DNA of 64,000 bases from Flaccisagitta enflata (lineage: Eukaryota). The stretch spans positions 5,394,001 through 5,458,000 of the forward strand of contig OZ231126.1 of NCBI GenBank assembly GCA_965153355.1. The letters are read 5' to 3'. Of the stretch, positions 1-37,878 are shown piece after piece; the first letter of the stretch is position 1, and the number at the start of each line of letters is the position of its first letter. Position numbers and translations under genes: made by a program. The notes under the pieces are model-generated. The model worked only from the letters and a program-made list of their open reading frames with translations. It was not told where the DNA came from and did not search any database.

Positions 1-133
1 CTACTTCATTGGTTGCGTTGGTGGTGGCGTGGAATGTTTGTCGTGACCAATGCTTTATCTTACCATCTCTCTACTTCATTGGTTGCGTTGGTGGTGGCGT
101 GGAATGTTTGTCATGACCAATGCTTTATCTTAC

Positions 134-24681
<24,548 letters not shown>

Positions 24682-27600
24682 CGTCGAATGTCTTCTTCGT
24701 TGTCGTTTTATGATTTTATCCCCTTATCCCATTTTTCGCGTAAAGAAATCTGAAATTGTTTTAAAAAAATGTCGAGAGGGATTCAAAATTATGCTCCGGT
24801 TTTATCTTGAATATGATTCTTTCTGATCAACCCAGGCGTGTATAAATTTGATTATTGCTTTCCCCTGGGGGGGAGCAAAATTAAATCCAAGGGTTTGGAG
24901 ATGGCAAAAAAATAAAACAAAGGCTAGAAAAGAAGAAAAATGAAAAATTATGAAGATTTAAAACCATTGGTAGTTCCGAAAGTTTATATTCGATTACTAC
25001 AACACAATTCTATACTATTTTGAGACAAATTTTACCATATTTATGATCTATGGGGTAGAGAATCAAACACTTTTTTGATTTTTTTTGGGAGGGAAATAAC
25101 AAGCCCGACCGGGCAACGATGCGTCCGGGCCGTGTCTCTGCGTGTATTGATCATTTGACATATTTGGAGAGACAGATAGACGAACATGTTGATTGGTTGA
25201 TCATTTTTTTCCGTGTAGGATCTCACAGTGGCCAAAAACAGCTGAGAAACGCGATTTTTGCACTTGCGTAACGGACACACGGACGGACGGACGGACGGAC
25301 GGACCGACCGACCGACCGACGGACGGACAGACCCTCTTATAGAGATGCGTTCCTGACGGACGCATCTTAAAAGCCAGTCAACGTTATACACCCCAGATTA
25401 AACCATTTCACCACGACAGTTCTCTCTCCAATCTACATCCTCACTGAACTTTGAAGAAATTGTGGTTCATTCTTCTTGTAATCGAATTAAGTCTCAACTC
25501 TCAACCGTTTCCGCGTATATGCGCGCTCACGATCACATGTTCAAGACAGCTGTGCCAAAACAAGGCCTACAACTATAAGTCGCGTGCGAGATTTACTGGG
25601 TAAAAATGACTTAGAATGACTTAGAATGACTTAGAATGACTTAAAATGACTTAAAATGTCCAAAAAGGACTTGAAATGACTAAAAAACCTAATGACCAAA
25701 AATGACCTAAAATAACTTAAAATGACTCGGAATAACTTGAAATGACTTGGCATGACTCAAAATGACTTAGAATAACTGTTAATGACTAAAAAAGACCTAA
25801 AATTACCTAAGAGTTGACGTTATATTACAAAAAAAGTAAAGTGTGACGGACTGACGGACGGACCGATGGACCGACGGACGGACAATGCGGGGTGTAGAGT
25901 CGCGTGCACGCGACTAAAGATAAAAATATAGAAACAAAAAAAAAAGACTGAGGGCTGCCATATCAAGTATGCTTGAAAGGGAGATGGTGGAAAAAGGCAA
26001 GGAAAGATGGATGTGCCTGGTGTGATTTTATGTGCCAACTTGGATTTCCTTTTTTTCCTTTTTTAGTTGGTTGATCCGTTTTTGTATCTAGCCGTTGCTT
26101 TTGTTTTGATCATGGAAAGGATGATATATCGATGCTAAGTTTGTGTCGAGGTCAAGGGCCTTGATGGGAGAAGGGAGAGGAAATGTCAAAGATCTCCCCA
26201 CCCCCAGCCCCATTCCATCCCCATCCCCACTTCACCATCCCCACTTCTTCACCATCCTCATTCCCACCTCGCCCTATCCCACTCCGTTTTCTTCATGCGA
26301 TGAGATTATTGACGTGGTTCCGTTGTTTGTGAAAGAGCTTTTGCCATCAAACCGTCATCTTTTGCGCTTGAAAGCCTCGCTTCACCAAAATCCACTTATG
26401 AGAGCATTTTTTTCTTCTTTTTTTCATTTTTCCCCTTTATGGCTTTGTGTCGTTAGTAAGCAGTTGCTGAGTCAAAAATGTTTTTTTTGGTCTGTTCACT
26501 AAACTGGCTTTTTTGGCAGTGGCCCCAAAGGGGCCGATGTATTTTACCGCATGTGGCCCAATTTGCAGCCTCGAGGCTCAAATACCAGCCTTAAGGCTTA
26601 AAACTCCGCCTAAACGCTCCTGTCCAAGCCCCCTGCTCAAATACAAGTCAAGCATAGGTCATCAGCTCTTTCTGAGTCGCTACCCTTCTTACACTGAGGG
26701 GCTACGGGTACCGTTGACTATCTGACCCTTTTGGGACATTTCCTTATCCATATTGTAAAAAGTCACATAGTTTTCTTCTTATTTTGACGTGCATGGTAAT
26801 TATCATTTTTTCATCTTTTGAGCCGTTTTAGAAGGAAGATATATTCTTTTGGTACTACGAATGAAATTTGATACAGTACCTTAGTAAAATGAACCATGCT
26901 TATTCAGGTGGCTTTGTGCTGAACTCTCTCCAGTCTATAGTTACCGAGTCATCGAGGTGTTAATGTTACCACTTTTTTATCCAAAAAATTTAAAAAGAAA
27001 TGAGAGTGGGAGAATTGGCTTAAAGATTCTAGATTACTGATAATGAGGAACCCAGGCCAGATTTGGCATTGAAGTTGAAAATCATTCTTTCATAAATCAC
27101 TGAGCAATTCTTAGGTTTACCATGATGAAAGGTTTGGTACACTCATATTTTCTGGATACACTTTGTTACTGATGCATGTTGCATTGATTGATTGATTGAT
27201 TGATTGATTATTAGGCCTTTATCAAAGCCCCAGAGGTTTCTTCTGCTTAGCCTCAGCGTAGTAAGGAGCCGCCTTTAACTTAAACGAAGCTAACAAGGCC
27301 AAGTTTTGGCCAACAAGCGCTCCTCGCTGATTTAAAAGAATTAGTGAATGAACGTTTTTAGTGAATAATTGAACGAACGAAAAACTGAATGAATATGAAT
27401 GTGGTATGGCTTGAAAGCAGATAGAAATAAAGAATCAGGGCTCCGTTTTTGCGCATTTCAAATGTTTGCATGACCGACCAACCAACCAACCAACCGACGG
27501 ACATGACCTCTTATCGAAGTGCGAGGTCGCACTTTGTAAAAGTGATTTACTTTTTCAGAGTTGAGCTGAGGCCCAAATCCGGCCCCAATCTCGGCCATGT

Positions 27601-27919
27601 ATAATACCACAGCCTCCCAGCCCAAATCGTAGGCTTACGCCTTTAGGCCCGGTTTTATGATTTTAGGTACCAAAAGTGATAGATATCCACGTAAAAAGCA
27701 TCAATTCATTGCTCCCTGATATCATTTCCTCTAACTCCTTTAAATGGAAGAAACAGAATTTTGTTTGCCACTGAGATTTGTTGGGTCCTTGACATCCGTT
27801 ATTTCGATGTTTAACTGTACTAACATTTATTCGCTTCAAATGTTCAATGTATGGTGTGTGTGTGCGTGTGTGTGTGAGCGATGTTTAACTGTACTTACAT
27901 TTATTCGCTTTATTCGCTT

Positions 27920-27979
<60 letters not shown>

Positions 27980-28291
27980 TGGTGAATTCTCAAAATTTAA
28001 AATATCTCACATCCAACCAACATTCAAGTGGCATTTGGGCAGTAAATCAGACAAGCAGAGGTCGGTATTTGATCAAGAAACCCGCACGGCAACACAATGG
28101 TAAAGTATATGAAAGCAATTTTACGCCCATTGTAACTCCATATGTTGCCGTGGGTTTTCTTTCCAGATACCGATCTTCGCTGGCCTCAATTCCTTTTCAA
28201 AATGACGTAGAGTGTATGGTTAGTTGGCTGAGGCGTTCTGAAATTTGACCACATTTGACCTCCAGGTGTGTTTGTGTGCGCGCTTGCAGCG

Positions 28292-28363
<72 letters not shown>

Positions 28364-28639
28364 AGTTGTACGCATCGCGTGGTGCGCGTGGTGTGTGTGC
28401 GCGCGCCCCGCCTGCGCCCACCCACACGCACCATCTTGTAACCCTGCGTTATTTTTTGTCCGCGACGGAATATCATTCCGACGTGACTATAACTGGCGCG
28501 GTGGGTGTCGCTCGTCGCTGTCGTCGTTATTGCGTCGTCCTGGATTTTAAAAAATGGATAACTTTTTTATGCTTTGACCGATTTGGTTCATATTTGGTGG
28601 GAAGTTGTACTAGGTAAGGCGCTTTACATCCTATCCGAT

Positions 28640-29345
28640 TTTTGTGATCCGACCAACTCAACCAGCCTAACCAGCCTACCGCCTAAAAGTGAAAAACGTG
28701 CATAACTTTGGCATTTTTCAACCAATTTAGCTGAAATTTGGTATGGAGTCTCTAAATGGAAGGCCTCAACATATGTATATGATTTATATGTATTTGAGCA
28801 TGCTAACCGGCCAACTGACCTACCACCAACCACAGCAACCCGCCTAAAAGTGAAAAAACTTGCATAACTTTGTCATTTTTCAACTGATTTGCTAGAAACT
28901 GTATGGAGTCTCTAAATGGAAGAACTCAACATATGCACACTATTTATCCTGTCAAACCAGCCTACCACCCAACCAGCCTACTAGCCTAAAAGTGAAAAAT
29001 GCGTATAACTTTGGCATTTTTCAACCAATTTGGTTAAAATTTAGATGGAGTCTCTAAATGGGACTCAACACATGAATGTGATTTATTTATGTTTGAGTGT
29101 TTCATAATCGCCAAACTGTCCTACCACCCAAATCTCAGCTTATCACCTAAAAAATTTGGTATATCACATTTTTCAAACCAATTGTTGAAACTTTGCATGG
29201 GGTCTCTAAATGGAAGAATCCAATATATAATAATTATTAAACCAACCAGCCTACCACCCAACCACCTTTCTAGTTTAAGAGTGAAAAACGTGCATAACTT
29301 TTACATTTTTCAACGGATTTAAATGAAACTTTGTATGGAGGCTTT
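28640..29345. repeat. Degenerate tandem repeat of about 130-170 bp, probably transposon-internal
   Basis: About five copies of AAAAGTGAAAAA..GCATAACTTT..CATTTTTCAAC..GGAGTCTCTAAATGG. Confidence 0.75.
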
Positions 29346-29744
29346 AAATGTAAAGACTTCTATAGTTTTAGGAACTTATTATACATGATCCTGTCATAAA
29401 ATGATCCTATGGAATTGGTGATCTTTAACCCCCCTCCGTCGCGGACCCAGATACTGTTCAGATTTTTGGTATTGTTGGTTACCTTTTCAATTAGAGGCTG
29501 ATTTTCATCACGTAATGAAGGCCCATTTGTCAAGTGAAATTTTGAATTGGTGATATTTTCAAGGATTTATTAAATTTGGTTATTTTCCGTTTCTGAAATA
29601 TGCCGAAAAATTGGAAATCCACAGGTTTCCCTTGTCATCTGTCATCCGATCCACCCTTCCTCTGTTTTCTCTCCATACACGCGCCCGCGCCAGAGAGAGA
29701 GAGAGACAGCGATGAGAAATCGTTAGCGCGTAACGTCGATGGCA

Positions 29745-29784
29745 AAGGACCAATCAGAGCGCGGCTGGGAAGCGACGCGGGCCA

Positions 29785-29848
<64 letters not shown>

Positions 29849-29925
29849 TCTCATCCAATAGAGACCGTCAAATGTATGGTATGCATAGCTTAGGCCGTTG
29901 AAGCTTTCAGCAACAGGCCAATGGC
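29745..29925. promoter_or_regulatory. Cluster of four same-orientation CCAAT boxes in a CpG-richer patch
   Basis: GACCAATCAG (29750), GGCCAATCAG (29782), ATCCAATAG (29855), GGCCAATGG (29918); lies between the divergent TRIM and hypothetical genes. Confidence 0.45.
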
Positions 29926-30530
29926 GCTGCGTCCCTAGTCGCACGGGGACTGGAGATAGAATGAGACGATAATTCAAAGGAAGGATGGAGGAAGGAAAGT
30001 AACGAAGGTGGGGAGGAAAGTTACGACGGGAGGAAAGAACGAAGATGGATGGATAGGGAGGGTTGTACGGAGGGAGCAAAAGATGAATAAAGAGATAGTT
30101 CCAAAAGAAGTAAGGAGGAAGGAAAGAAAGAAGCATGGGTGGTTTCGGGAAGACCGAGGGAGACGCAAGCGATATTAGGGGAGACATAAACACACAGATG
30201 AGCTGATGGAGACAGACAAAGCGATGAGTATTGACAGTGAAAATTACAGAGCGATTGAGAGGTATGCTGACGGGTACACGTAAACCATCTCATATAAGAG
30301 TAAAATTGAGCTGTACAAAATTACGAAAAAACTTGTGATGGTGACATTTACGCGAAAGTAAAATTTCAGATGAAGATCGTTTTCTTTAAGGCCAATTGAA
30401 ATAAGACAAAGCTGGAATTGATTACTTGGTATTTGTATATTTTGCTTAAAGATTTTTTAGGGAATCTTTACGGGTGATCGCGTTGAAATCTGAATTTTCT
30501 TGCTTAACGTCGCGCTTGTCTCTCTTTCCT

Positions 30531-30588
<58 letters not shown>

Positions 30589-31451
30589 CAAGTTTTATGT
30601 CCAAAAATACCAACCGTGTCTCAGCAAAAACTCGAATATCAATTCCAGAGCAAGTGCGTTACTATGGCACCACCAAAGGCAAAATGAACCAGGTCGGGCG
30701 TTAGGCTGGTCGGAGGCTCTGAGATACCCGGTAGCGGCAGGTGGACACCACCTGCCAACTGAGTTTTTATGCGTTTTTAGCGACCCTCCCTTCCCCCTTT
30801 ATTTTCCGCCCACGCAATTTTCGCGTTGGTCTAGACCGGTATTGTTCCTCACTTTTAGCACGTTTTTTTTTTGTTTTCTGAAAAGAAAAAAAAAATCTCT
30901 CCCATTAAGGATAAAAACCAAAATCGATATTATTGTCTGAGTTTTGTTTAAATTTAGAACGTGTGGCTTGAAGCTGGTACCTTTCAGTCTCGATCTGTTA
31001 GATGTCTGACTTATATCTGAGAATTATTTGGACTTGGAATCTCCTGTAATGCTTGTGAAACAAGCAATATCATGTAACTAGCGAACAGATCACCCAAGAT
31101 CTATAATCGCTTGCGGACGGGCAGGGGCCGTGATGTGATGGAGATTTGGTCATTGGGCAGGGGCAGTGATGCTACAAACAAAAGCATAAGATAGACCGAC
31201 AGACTCAGCGAGTTCTAACGTGATTCACTTTTAATGCGTTGAATGAAAAAATGAAGGTAAAAATGACGATTTTAAATTTTGCTGAGTTGAGAGAAAGAAA
31301 TTGGATCACAGGTGCTGCTTGTGAAATTCTAGTCAAGCTTTCATATGACTGCGAGGTTACCAGAGGTTCACCTTTCTCAATGCGATTGTTTTGTTGGTTG
31401 AGTAAACACACACACACGCAAAAGAAGAATGGATTGAGTTTTCACTTTTAG

Positions 31452-33500
31452 TGGCACCGTTGTCGATGAAAAGAATGGAACAAAAGAGGGGGAAAAAACT
31501 TGACACTTTGAAAGTAAACGAAGCTGAGAAACCGGGGATTTTTATTTTTTTTTGTCGAGGCAACCACTACTGTATGTATTTACCAGTAAGGGCGGCTGTC
31601 GCCTTGAGGAAAAAAGTCGAAAGCATTGATCATTTTTCAACAAGTTTTCGTCTTCAGTCACTGCAAATCTTTTTATTTGTTATATCAAATCAGGAGCAGT
31701 TGTATGTATTGAGCTTACCAAAAAAAAGGGCTAAGCCATATGAGCTAGATGAGCCAAAATGCTCACTCACCCAAACAACCAGCGATGCTCTTTGATATGC
31801 TTTCTTGAATTTGCATGCTGACATCAAAATATTTAGTCATTGTACTAAAATTCAGAAAAAAAAACTGAGTTAGAATACTTAAAAAACACCCTCGCAGAAG
31901 AGCAGCTATGTTTACTGATATGCTTTTTTGTATCTGCTGGCTTAAACATTTACAAAATATTCATTTATTTATTGTATTTGAGATAAAAAAATAACTTTAG
32001 CTAAATGAGCTAATTGAGCCAAAATGCTCAAAAACAGTCTCATAGATGAGCAGCTATGCTCAGAAACATGTTTTCTTGTATTTGCATACTCAAGCACGCA
32101 TGAATACCCTCCTTGATCCTTTTTAAAATTTTAGAAAATTGAGAGAAAAAATTAAATTTGAATTTTTCGTAGATAAATCTTTAAAAAATCATAACGTGAA
32201 AAATATTTGATGTAGAGCATTCTGCCTGGCGCCAAATGAAAAAGAAGACAAATTTACTTACCCGATCAATCAGTTGATTGAAAGCCCTAATTTTTTAATA
32301 AGAAAATGAAAACCATGTTTCTCTCGAATATGTCAAAAACCCAAAGACTGACATCGACTTTTTTCCCAATTAAGGAAGGGATAGAAACGATGGAAGCGTT
32401 AAAAAGCAGGTCGCCCAAGGGCAATATGTGGTCAGCGATACCCGTTGCCCCGCTTTCTATGATTGCGAATTGGAGTGAGGGGAAGCAGGGCAGCGACTCC
32501 AAAGGGGACGAAGTCCTGTAGAACATAGGACTTTCGTTTGTTCCTTTGTCCCTCCATCCCCCTAGCCCTCCCTGGCCTTATATTTGCCCTCTCTGGCCTT
32601 ATATTTCCCCTTTCAGGGCTGAAATCTACCCTCTCAGGCTTGAAATCTACCCTTTCATGCCTTGAATCGGAGAGGGTATGAGGCCTGAGAGGGCCTGGGA
32701 GGGCAGATTTCGGACTTGAGAGGGCAAATATTAGGCCAGAGAGGGCAGTTATTAGGCCAGAGAGGGCAGATTAAAAGCATAAAGTGGCAGATTTCAAGCC
32801 TGAGAGGGTAGATTTCAGCCCTGAGAGGGTAGATTTTAACCCTGAGAGGGTAGATTTCAGCCCTGAGAGGGTAGATTTCAGCCCTGAGAGGGTAGATTTC
32901 AGCCCTGAGAGGGTAGATTTCAGCCCTGAGAGGGTAGATTTCAGCCCTGAGAGGGTAGATTTCAGCCCTGAGAGGGTAGATTTCAGCCCTAAGAGGGTAG
33001 ATTTCAGCCCTGAGAGGGCAGATTTCAGCCCTGAGAGGGCAGATTTCAGACCTGAGAGGGCAGATTTCAGACCTGAGAGGGCAGATTCAAGGCCTGAGAA
33101 GGCAGACTTTAAGCCTGAGAGGGTAGATTTCAGCCCTGAGAGGGCAAACGAACAAACAAAAATCCCCTGTGTTCTACAGGACTTTGTCCCCTTTGGGGCC
33201 GCTGCCCAAAAAGAGGGTCGCGAGCTGGGCCGAGCGTGACACTGCGGTAAACCTCTTTCCCGTGGACGTTGCAACAACGCCATTTTCCGCCACGTGGCGT
33301 AGCGATGCAATTCATTGCAATATCGTGCCGGGGACGGTACGGTATGGGACGGGTCTTCAATAATCATAAGTATCTGTATTTACTCCTCTTCAAAACTTCA
33401 AAATACGCTAGACAACCTCACATTTTAAGGAGGACACATCCCTTGCCAGACTGATGGAGAGACAGACAGACAGACAAGGCGATATAAGCAGAGGCAGGGG

Positions 33501-33583
<83 letters not shown>

Positions 33584-36500
33584 CTTATTCTTTTTTTCTT
33601 CATTTTTTCCATCGTTTTTCTTTTCATTTTTTCCTTTTTTTTTTTTTCTTTCTTTTTTCACTTTTCTTTTTTCTTTTCTACTGCTTTTTCTTTTTCATTT
33701 ACTTCTTCTGCATTAAAACGGCTAAGCAGCCCATTATCGTTTTAGGGCGACCCTGCCCTTTTTCCGCAACCGGAACGAACTTCCGGTTTCACGCTCGGGC
33801 CAGGTCGCGAGTGAAGTGGTGAAAGAAAGAGACACAGACAGAGAGGAAGAGACACATAAATAGAAAGACGCACAGACAAGGAAAGACAGACAGAAAGAGA
33901 AAGAATGAGAAAAAATAAAGAATGATGTAAAGAATGACATAAAGTAATATAAAAGTAAGAGAAAAAAGAAAGAATAATTAAAAGGAAAAAGACGGAAAAG
34001 ATTGAATGAAAGAGAAATCCTCTTTCAAGCCTAATAAGCTTGCCCGGATAAAAAAAGAAAATCAATAGTGTTGATTGTGGAGAAAATATATTCCCCGACA
34101 CGAACACCTTTCTCCCCCTTCCTCATCTGTAGTTTTTTTCTTGGTTCTCTTATCGCCTTTTGTTTATTTACTTGATTAAGAAAATTAATCCGAGTCGATT
34201 GATTTCTCTCCAGATTTTTTCTGCGAAGACTTTTTTTTTATTTCTGTACTTATTCTTTGTCATAAATGCGTGGGAATTCTTGTTTTCTTCGAGTACTTTC
34301 ACGTTGAATTTATATCACAAATTTAGTTTTTAGTCGCGTGCTACGCGACTCTACACCCGCCTATGTCAGTCACTCGGTCGGTTGGTTGGTCGATCGGTCG
34401 GTTGGTCTGTCGGTCAGTCCCCTTTTGGGCAGCGGCCCCGAAGGGGCCGATGACCTAAGCTTTCACACATAGGGGAAATTTCTCCTCCTCCTTCTCCTTC
34501 TCCGTCCGTCCCCCCCCTTGAGGCTCAAATTCCAGCCACGAGGCTCAAATCCCAACATCAAGGCTCAATCCCCATCCTGGAGGCTCAAATCTTAGCCTCG
34601 AGGGTCAAACCCCAGCCTGGAGGTTCAAATCCCAGTCTTGAGGCTCAAACCCCGGCCTCTAGGCTCAAATTCCAGCCTCAAGGCTCATATCCCAACCTCG
34701 AGGCTCAAATCCCACCCTTAAGGCTCATATCCCAGCATTTTGGCTCAAATCACAGCCTCAAGGCTCAAATGCCAGCCTTGAGGCTTAAATCCCAGCCTCA
34801 AGGCTCAAATCCCAGCATCTTGGCTCAAATTACAACCTTTAGGCTCAAATCCCAGCCTCAAGGCTCAAATTCCAGCCTCGAGGCTCAAATCCCAGCCTCG
34901 AGGCTCAAATCCCAGCCTCAGGGCTCAAATCCCAGCCTCAAGGCTCAAATATTAGCATCTTGGCTCAAATCACAACCTTTAGGCTCAAATCATAGACTCA
35001 GATCCCATACTTGATGCTCAAATTCAAGCCTAGAGCCTCAAAACCTACTAAGCATAGGTCACACATACTCACATAGGGGCAACGGGTACCGCTGACCATC
35101 TAACGCTTTTGCGACTATTTACTTTTTCGGCGTTTTTTAGCTTTTCGAGCCTACTGCTCCTGCCCAAATGCTCTGGTGACCTTATTGAATACTGCTCCTG
35201 CCCACCCGCACGCGACTGGGAGAGCCGTGTACCCGGCCTTGTTTAAAGAGCAAAGAGGGTCTGTCCATATTGTGAGAGCTACTTTTGAGTTAAAATGATT
35301 TAGTGAAGAAGCAGCTAGATGGGCGCATTTCAAATTACCGGCCAAATAAGCGAAATCGAAATGAAGGGATGTTTCAAGCGTCGTAGTGCCACTTAAAACG
35401 CTCTGAATGCCAGCCAACCCTGACTTTGTTCTCCTTTGCCATACATCATATAGCGTGTCTATCCAACTGTGTCGGTCGACATGGTCGCTGTTTGCCTTGT
35501 TGAAAATCAATTGTTTCCTCAGTGGAGCGGCAATGCCTGTTTGTCTGGACATCGTACTTTCCTTTAGTCTGTGTCGTCCCCTTAAGTCGCGTGATTTGAC
35601 GTCATGCGGGGCTTGGGGCTTAGACTGTTTGTCAGTTCGTTGGTCCCTCACGCTTGAATGTTGAAACGCGTATGTATCCTGTCCTCGCCCGTCTGTTCGC
35701 GGCTCGGTATTGTACCTTCACGTTATGTGATCATTAGATTTTCATATCCCACATGAAAATACTAAATGGAGAAAAGTGAGCATAGGATTTAGAGACAATG
35801 ATCCTTACCTTTGTGGCTTTGTGTTTTTTTGTTGATTTTTCAGGCGCAAGTAAACAAGAAAGCGAAGCAAGTCATCGAAGACCCGCCACTGCCTCAGACT
35901 CAAGCCAAGAAAGACCCCGTCGGTAATAACAATTGCGTAGTAAATCAAATGTCACAACTTTCTTGAATTTGAACAAATACATGTCCGACTTTTCTTTCTT
36001 CAACAACACCCTCTCTTCATTCTCCCAACCTTTTTTCTCCCCCCTCATTCTTTCTTCCCCCATCATTCTTTCTTCCTCCCTCATTCTCTCTTCCCCCCTC
36101 ATTCTCTCTTCCCCCCTCATTCTCTCTTCCCCCCTCATTCTCTCTTCCCCCCTCATTCTTCTTCCTCCCTTATGTTTTTCTCATGCTTTTCTCTCATGCT
36201 CTCTTCCTCATGCTTTCTTCCCCCCTCATGCTCTTTCCCCCTCATGCTTCTTTTCCTCATTCACTCTCTTCCTCATCCTCTTCCTCATTCTCTTCCCTCA
36301 TTCTCTCTTCCCCCCTCATTTCTCTTCCCCCTCATTCCTCTCTTCCCTCATCTCTCTTCCCCCTCATGCTCTCTTCCCCCCTCATTCTCTCCCCCCTCAT
36401 GCTCTCTTCCCCCCTCATTCTCTCTTCCCCCCTCATTCTCTCTTCCCCCCTCATTCTCTCTTCCCCCCTCATTCTCTCTTCCCCCCTCATTCTCTCTTCC

Positions 36501-37074
36501 CCCCTCATTCTCTCTTCCTCCCTCATGCTCTCTTCCCCCCTCATGCTCTCTTCCCCCCTCATGCTCTCTTCCCCCCTCATGCTCTCTTCCCCCCTCATGC
36601 TCTCTTCCCCCTCATTCTCTTCCCTCATTCTCTTCCTCCATTCTTCTTTTCCTCATTTCTTCTATTCTCTTCTCTTCCTTACTCTTCCTCTTCCTCATTC
36701 TCTTCCTCATTCTTCTTCCTCATTCTTCTTCCCTCATTCTCTTCCCTCATTCTTTCTTTTTCCTCATTCTTTCCCTCATTCTCTCTTCCCCCCTCATTCT
36801 CTCCTTTTCTCTCCCCCCCTCATCTCCCCCCTTATCTCCCCCCCTCATCTCCCCCCTTCTCTCCTTATTCTCCCCTATTTCTTTACAATTCTTCTCAACG
36901 AGGAAAATCTCTCCGCCAAAGTTAATCTCCTTAGCCTTTCCTTTGTTGTGCACATTTTTTGGGTCTACCTTATTTTAATCTATTTATTTAGAATTTGCCT
37001 CTAATATCTATTTATTTCCATTTCCATTTGAGGTATTTACTTCTATGAATCTCTTCTCCCCCTCCCCTTGTCAA

Positions 37075-37154
<80 letters not shown>

Positions 37155-37335
37155 CCTCCTCTTCCCCCTCTCCCTCTACCTTCTCCCACCGTGTCCCATT
37201 ACAACATCCCTCTCCCTCTTTGCCTTGAAGGCGCTCGTCCAAAGAAGCCTGTGGTCGTGAAGGAGGTCGCGGATCAGCCTGTCGACCATTTTCCCTCTTT
37301 GGGAGGAAAAGGGAAGTTCAAGCCGATTGTGCCAG
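31452..37335 (+). CDS. Hypothetical Lys/Pro-rich protein, partial gene model (exons 31452-31513, 35844-35922, 37231-37335)
   Basis: Acceptors ttttcacttttag, gatttttcag, ctttgccttgaag; donors gtaaac, gtaata, gtacgt. Phases chain to ..MKRMEQKRGKKLDTLK-AQVNKKAKQVIEDPPLPQTQAKKDPV-GARPKKPVVVKEVADQPVDHFPSLGGKGKFKPIVP. No homology recognised. Confidence 0.5.
32401..33211 (-). mobile_element. HINE-like element of the GGGCAGCGGCCCC family with a 21-bp tandem array
   Basis: End GGGGCCGCTGCCCAAAA, inverted subterminal copy near 32488-32530, (GAGAGGGTAGATTTCAGCCCT)n at about 32700-33145. Related pieces at 26510-26730 and 63810-64000. Confidence 0.7.
34327..35244 (+). mobile_element. HINE-like element with a second element (about 34424-35118) carrying a 21-bp tandem array nested inside
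   Basis: Outer ends TTTTTAGTCGCGTGCTACGCGACT ... CACGCGACTGGGAGAGCCGTGTACCCGGCCTTGTT. The inner element starts TTTTGGGCAGCGGCCCCGAAGGGGCCG and holds an approximately 21-bp AGGCTCAAATCCCAGCCTC-type array. Confidence 0.75.
36035..36850. repeat. Pyrimidine-rich minisatellite (CCTCATTCTCTCTTCCCC)n
   Basis: An 18-bp unit is visible directly; it explains the spurious MRGEER/SSPLIL ORFs. Confidence 0.9.
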
Positions 37336-37868
37336 GTACGTTGATAGTCGTTGATGCTAGCCTTGGCCCTCAGGCCTTAGGGGTCATGTCCCAATTTCAC
37401 TCGAGGGTATTGCTCCTTCATTTTATGATATTTATTTAATGACGTGAATTTAATTAGTCGATGATATCATTTATTCTTTAAAACATATTCTCTCAATGAC
37501 ACGAAATAAACCACCGCCATCCCATCCTTCCCTAGCTATCGCCTCCCCCCCCCTCACCCCCACGTCTTATCTTACAACCCCCATTTTCTCCACACGATCA
37601 TATCCTCGTTTTTGATTTCTACTTCAAAACGTTATAAGTCGTTCTTACGACGTAACGACCTAACCACCGGTCCCCATTTGGTTATCTCCCCCCCCCCTCC
37701 CCTTACTTGAGTCTAGTCTCTGCGTGTTTGTCTTTGTATCCAGGTCTTTCTTTCCTCTTTTCCCCTTTTGTTGTGAATATCTTTCCTCTTTCTCCCTTTT
37801 GTTGTAATTGTCTTTCCTCTTCCTCTCTTTTGTTGTAATTGTCTTTCCTCTTCCTCTCTTTTGTTGTG

Positions 37869-37878
37869 NNNNNNNNNN
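37869..37878. other. Assembly gap (10 N)
   Basis: Run of N. Confidence 1.

Noticed and set aside
30597-30704. Short ORF MSKNTNRV.. as first exon of the plus-strand gene
   Set aside because: Its weak donor (gtcggg) is phase 0 and does not fit the phase-1 exon at 31452; left unassigned.
32771-33367. ORFs with (LSGLKST)n or (PERVDFS)n heptads
   Set aside because: A 21-bp tandem array inside a HINE-like element, open by virtue of unit length.
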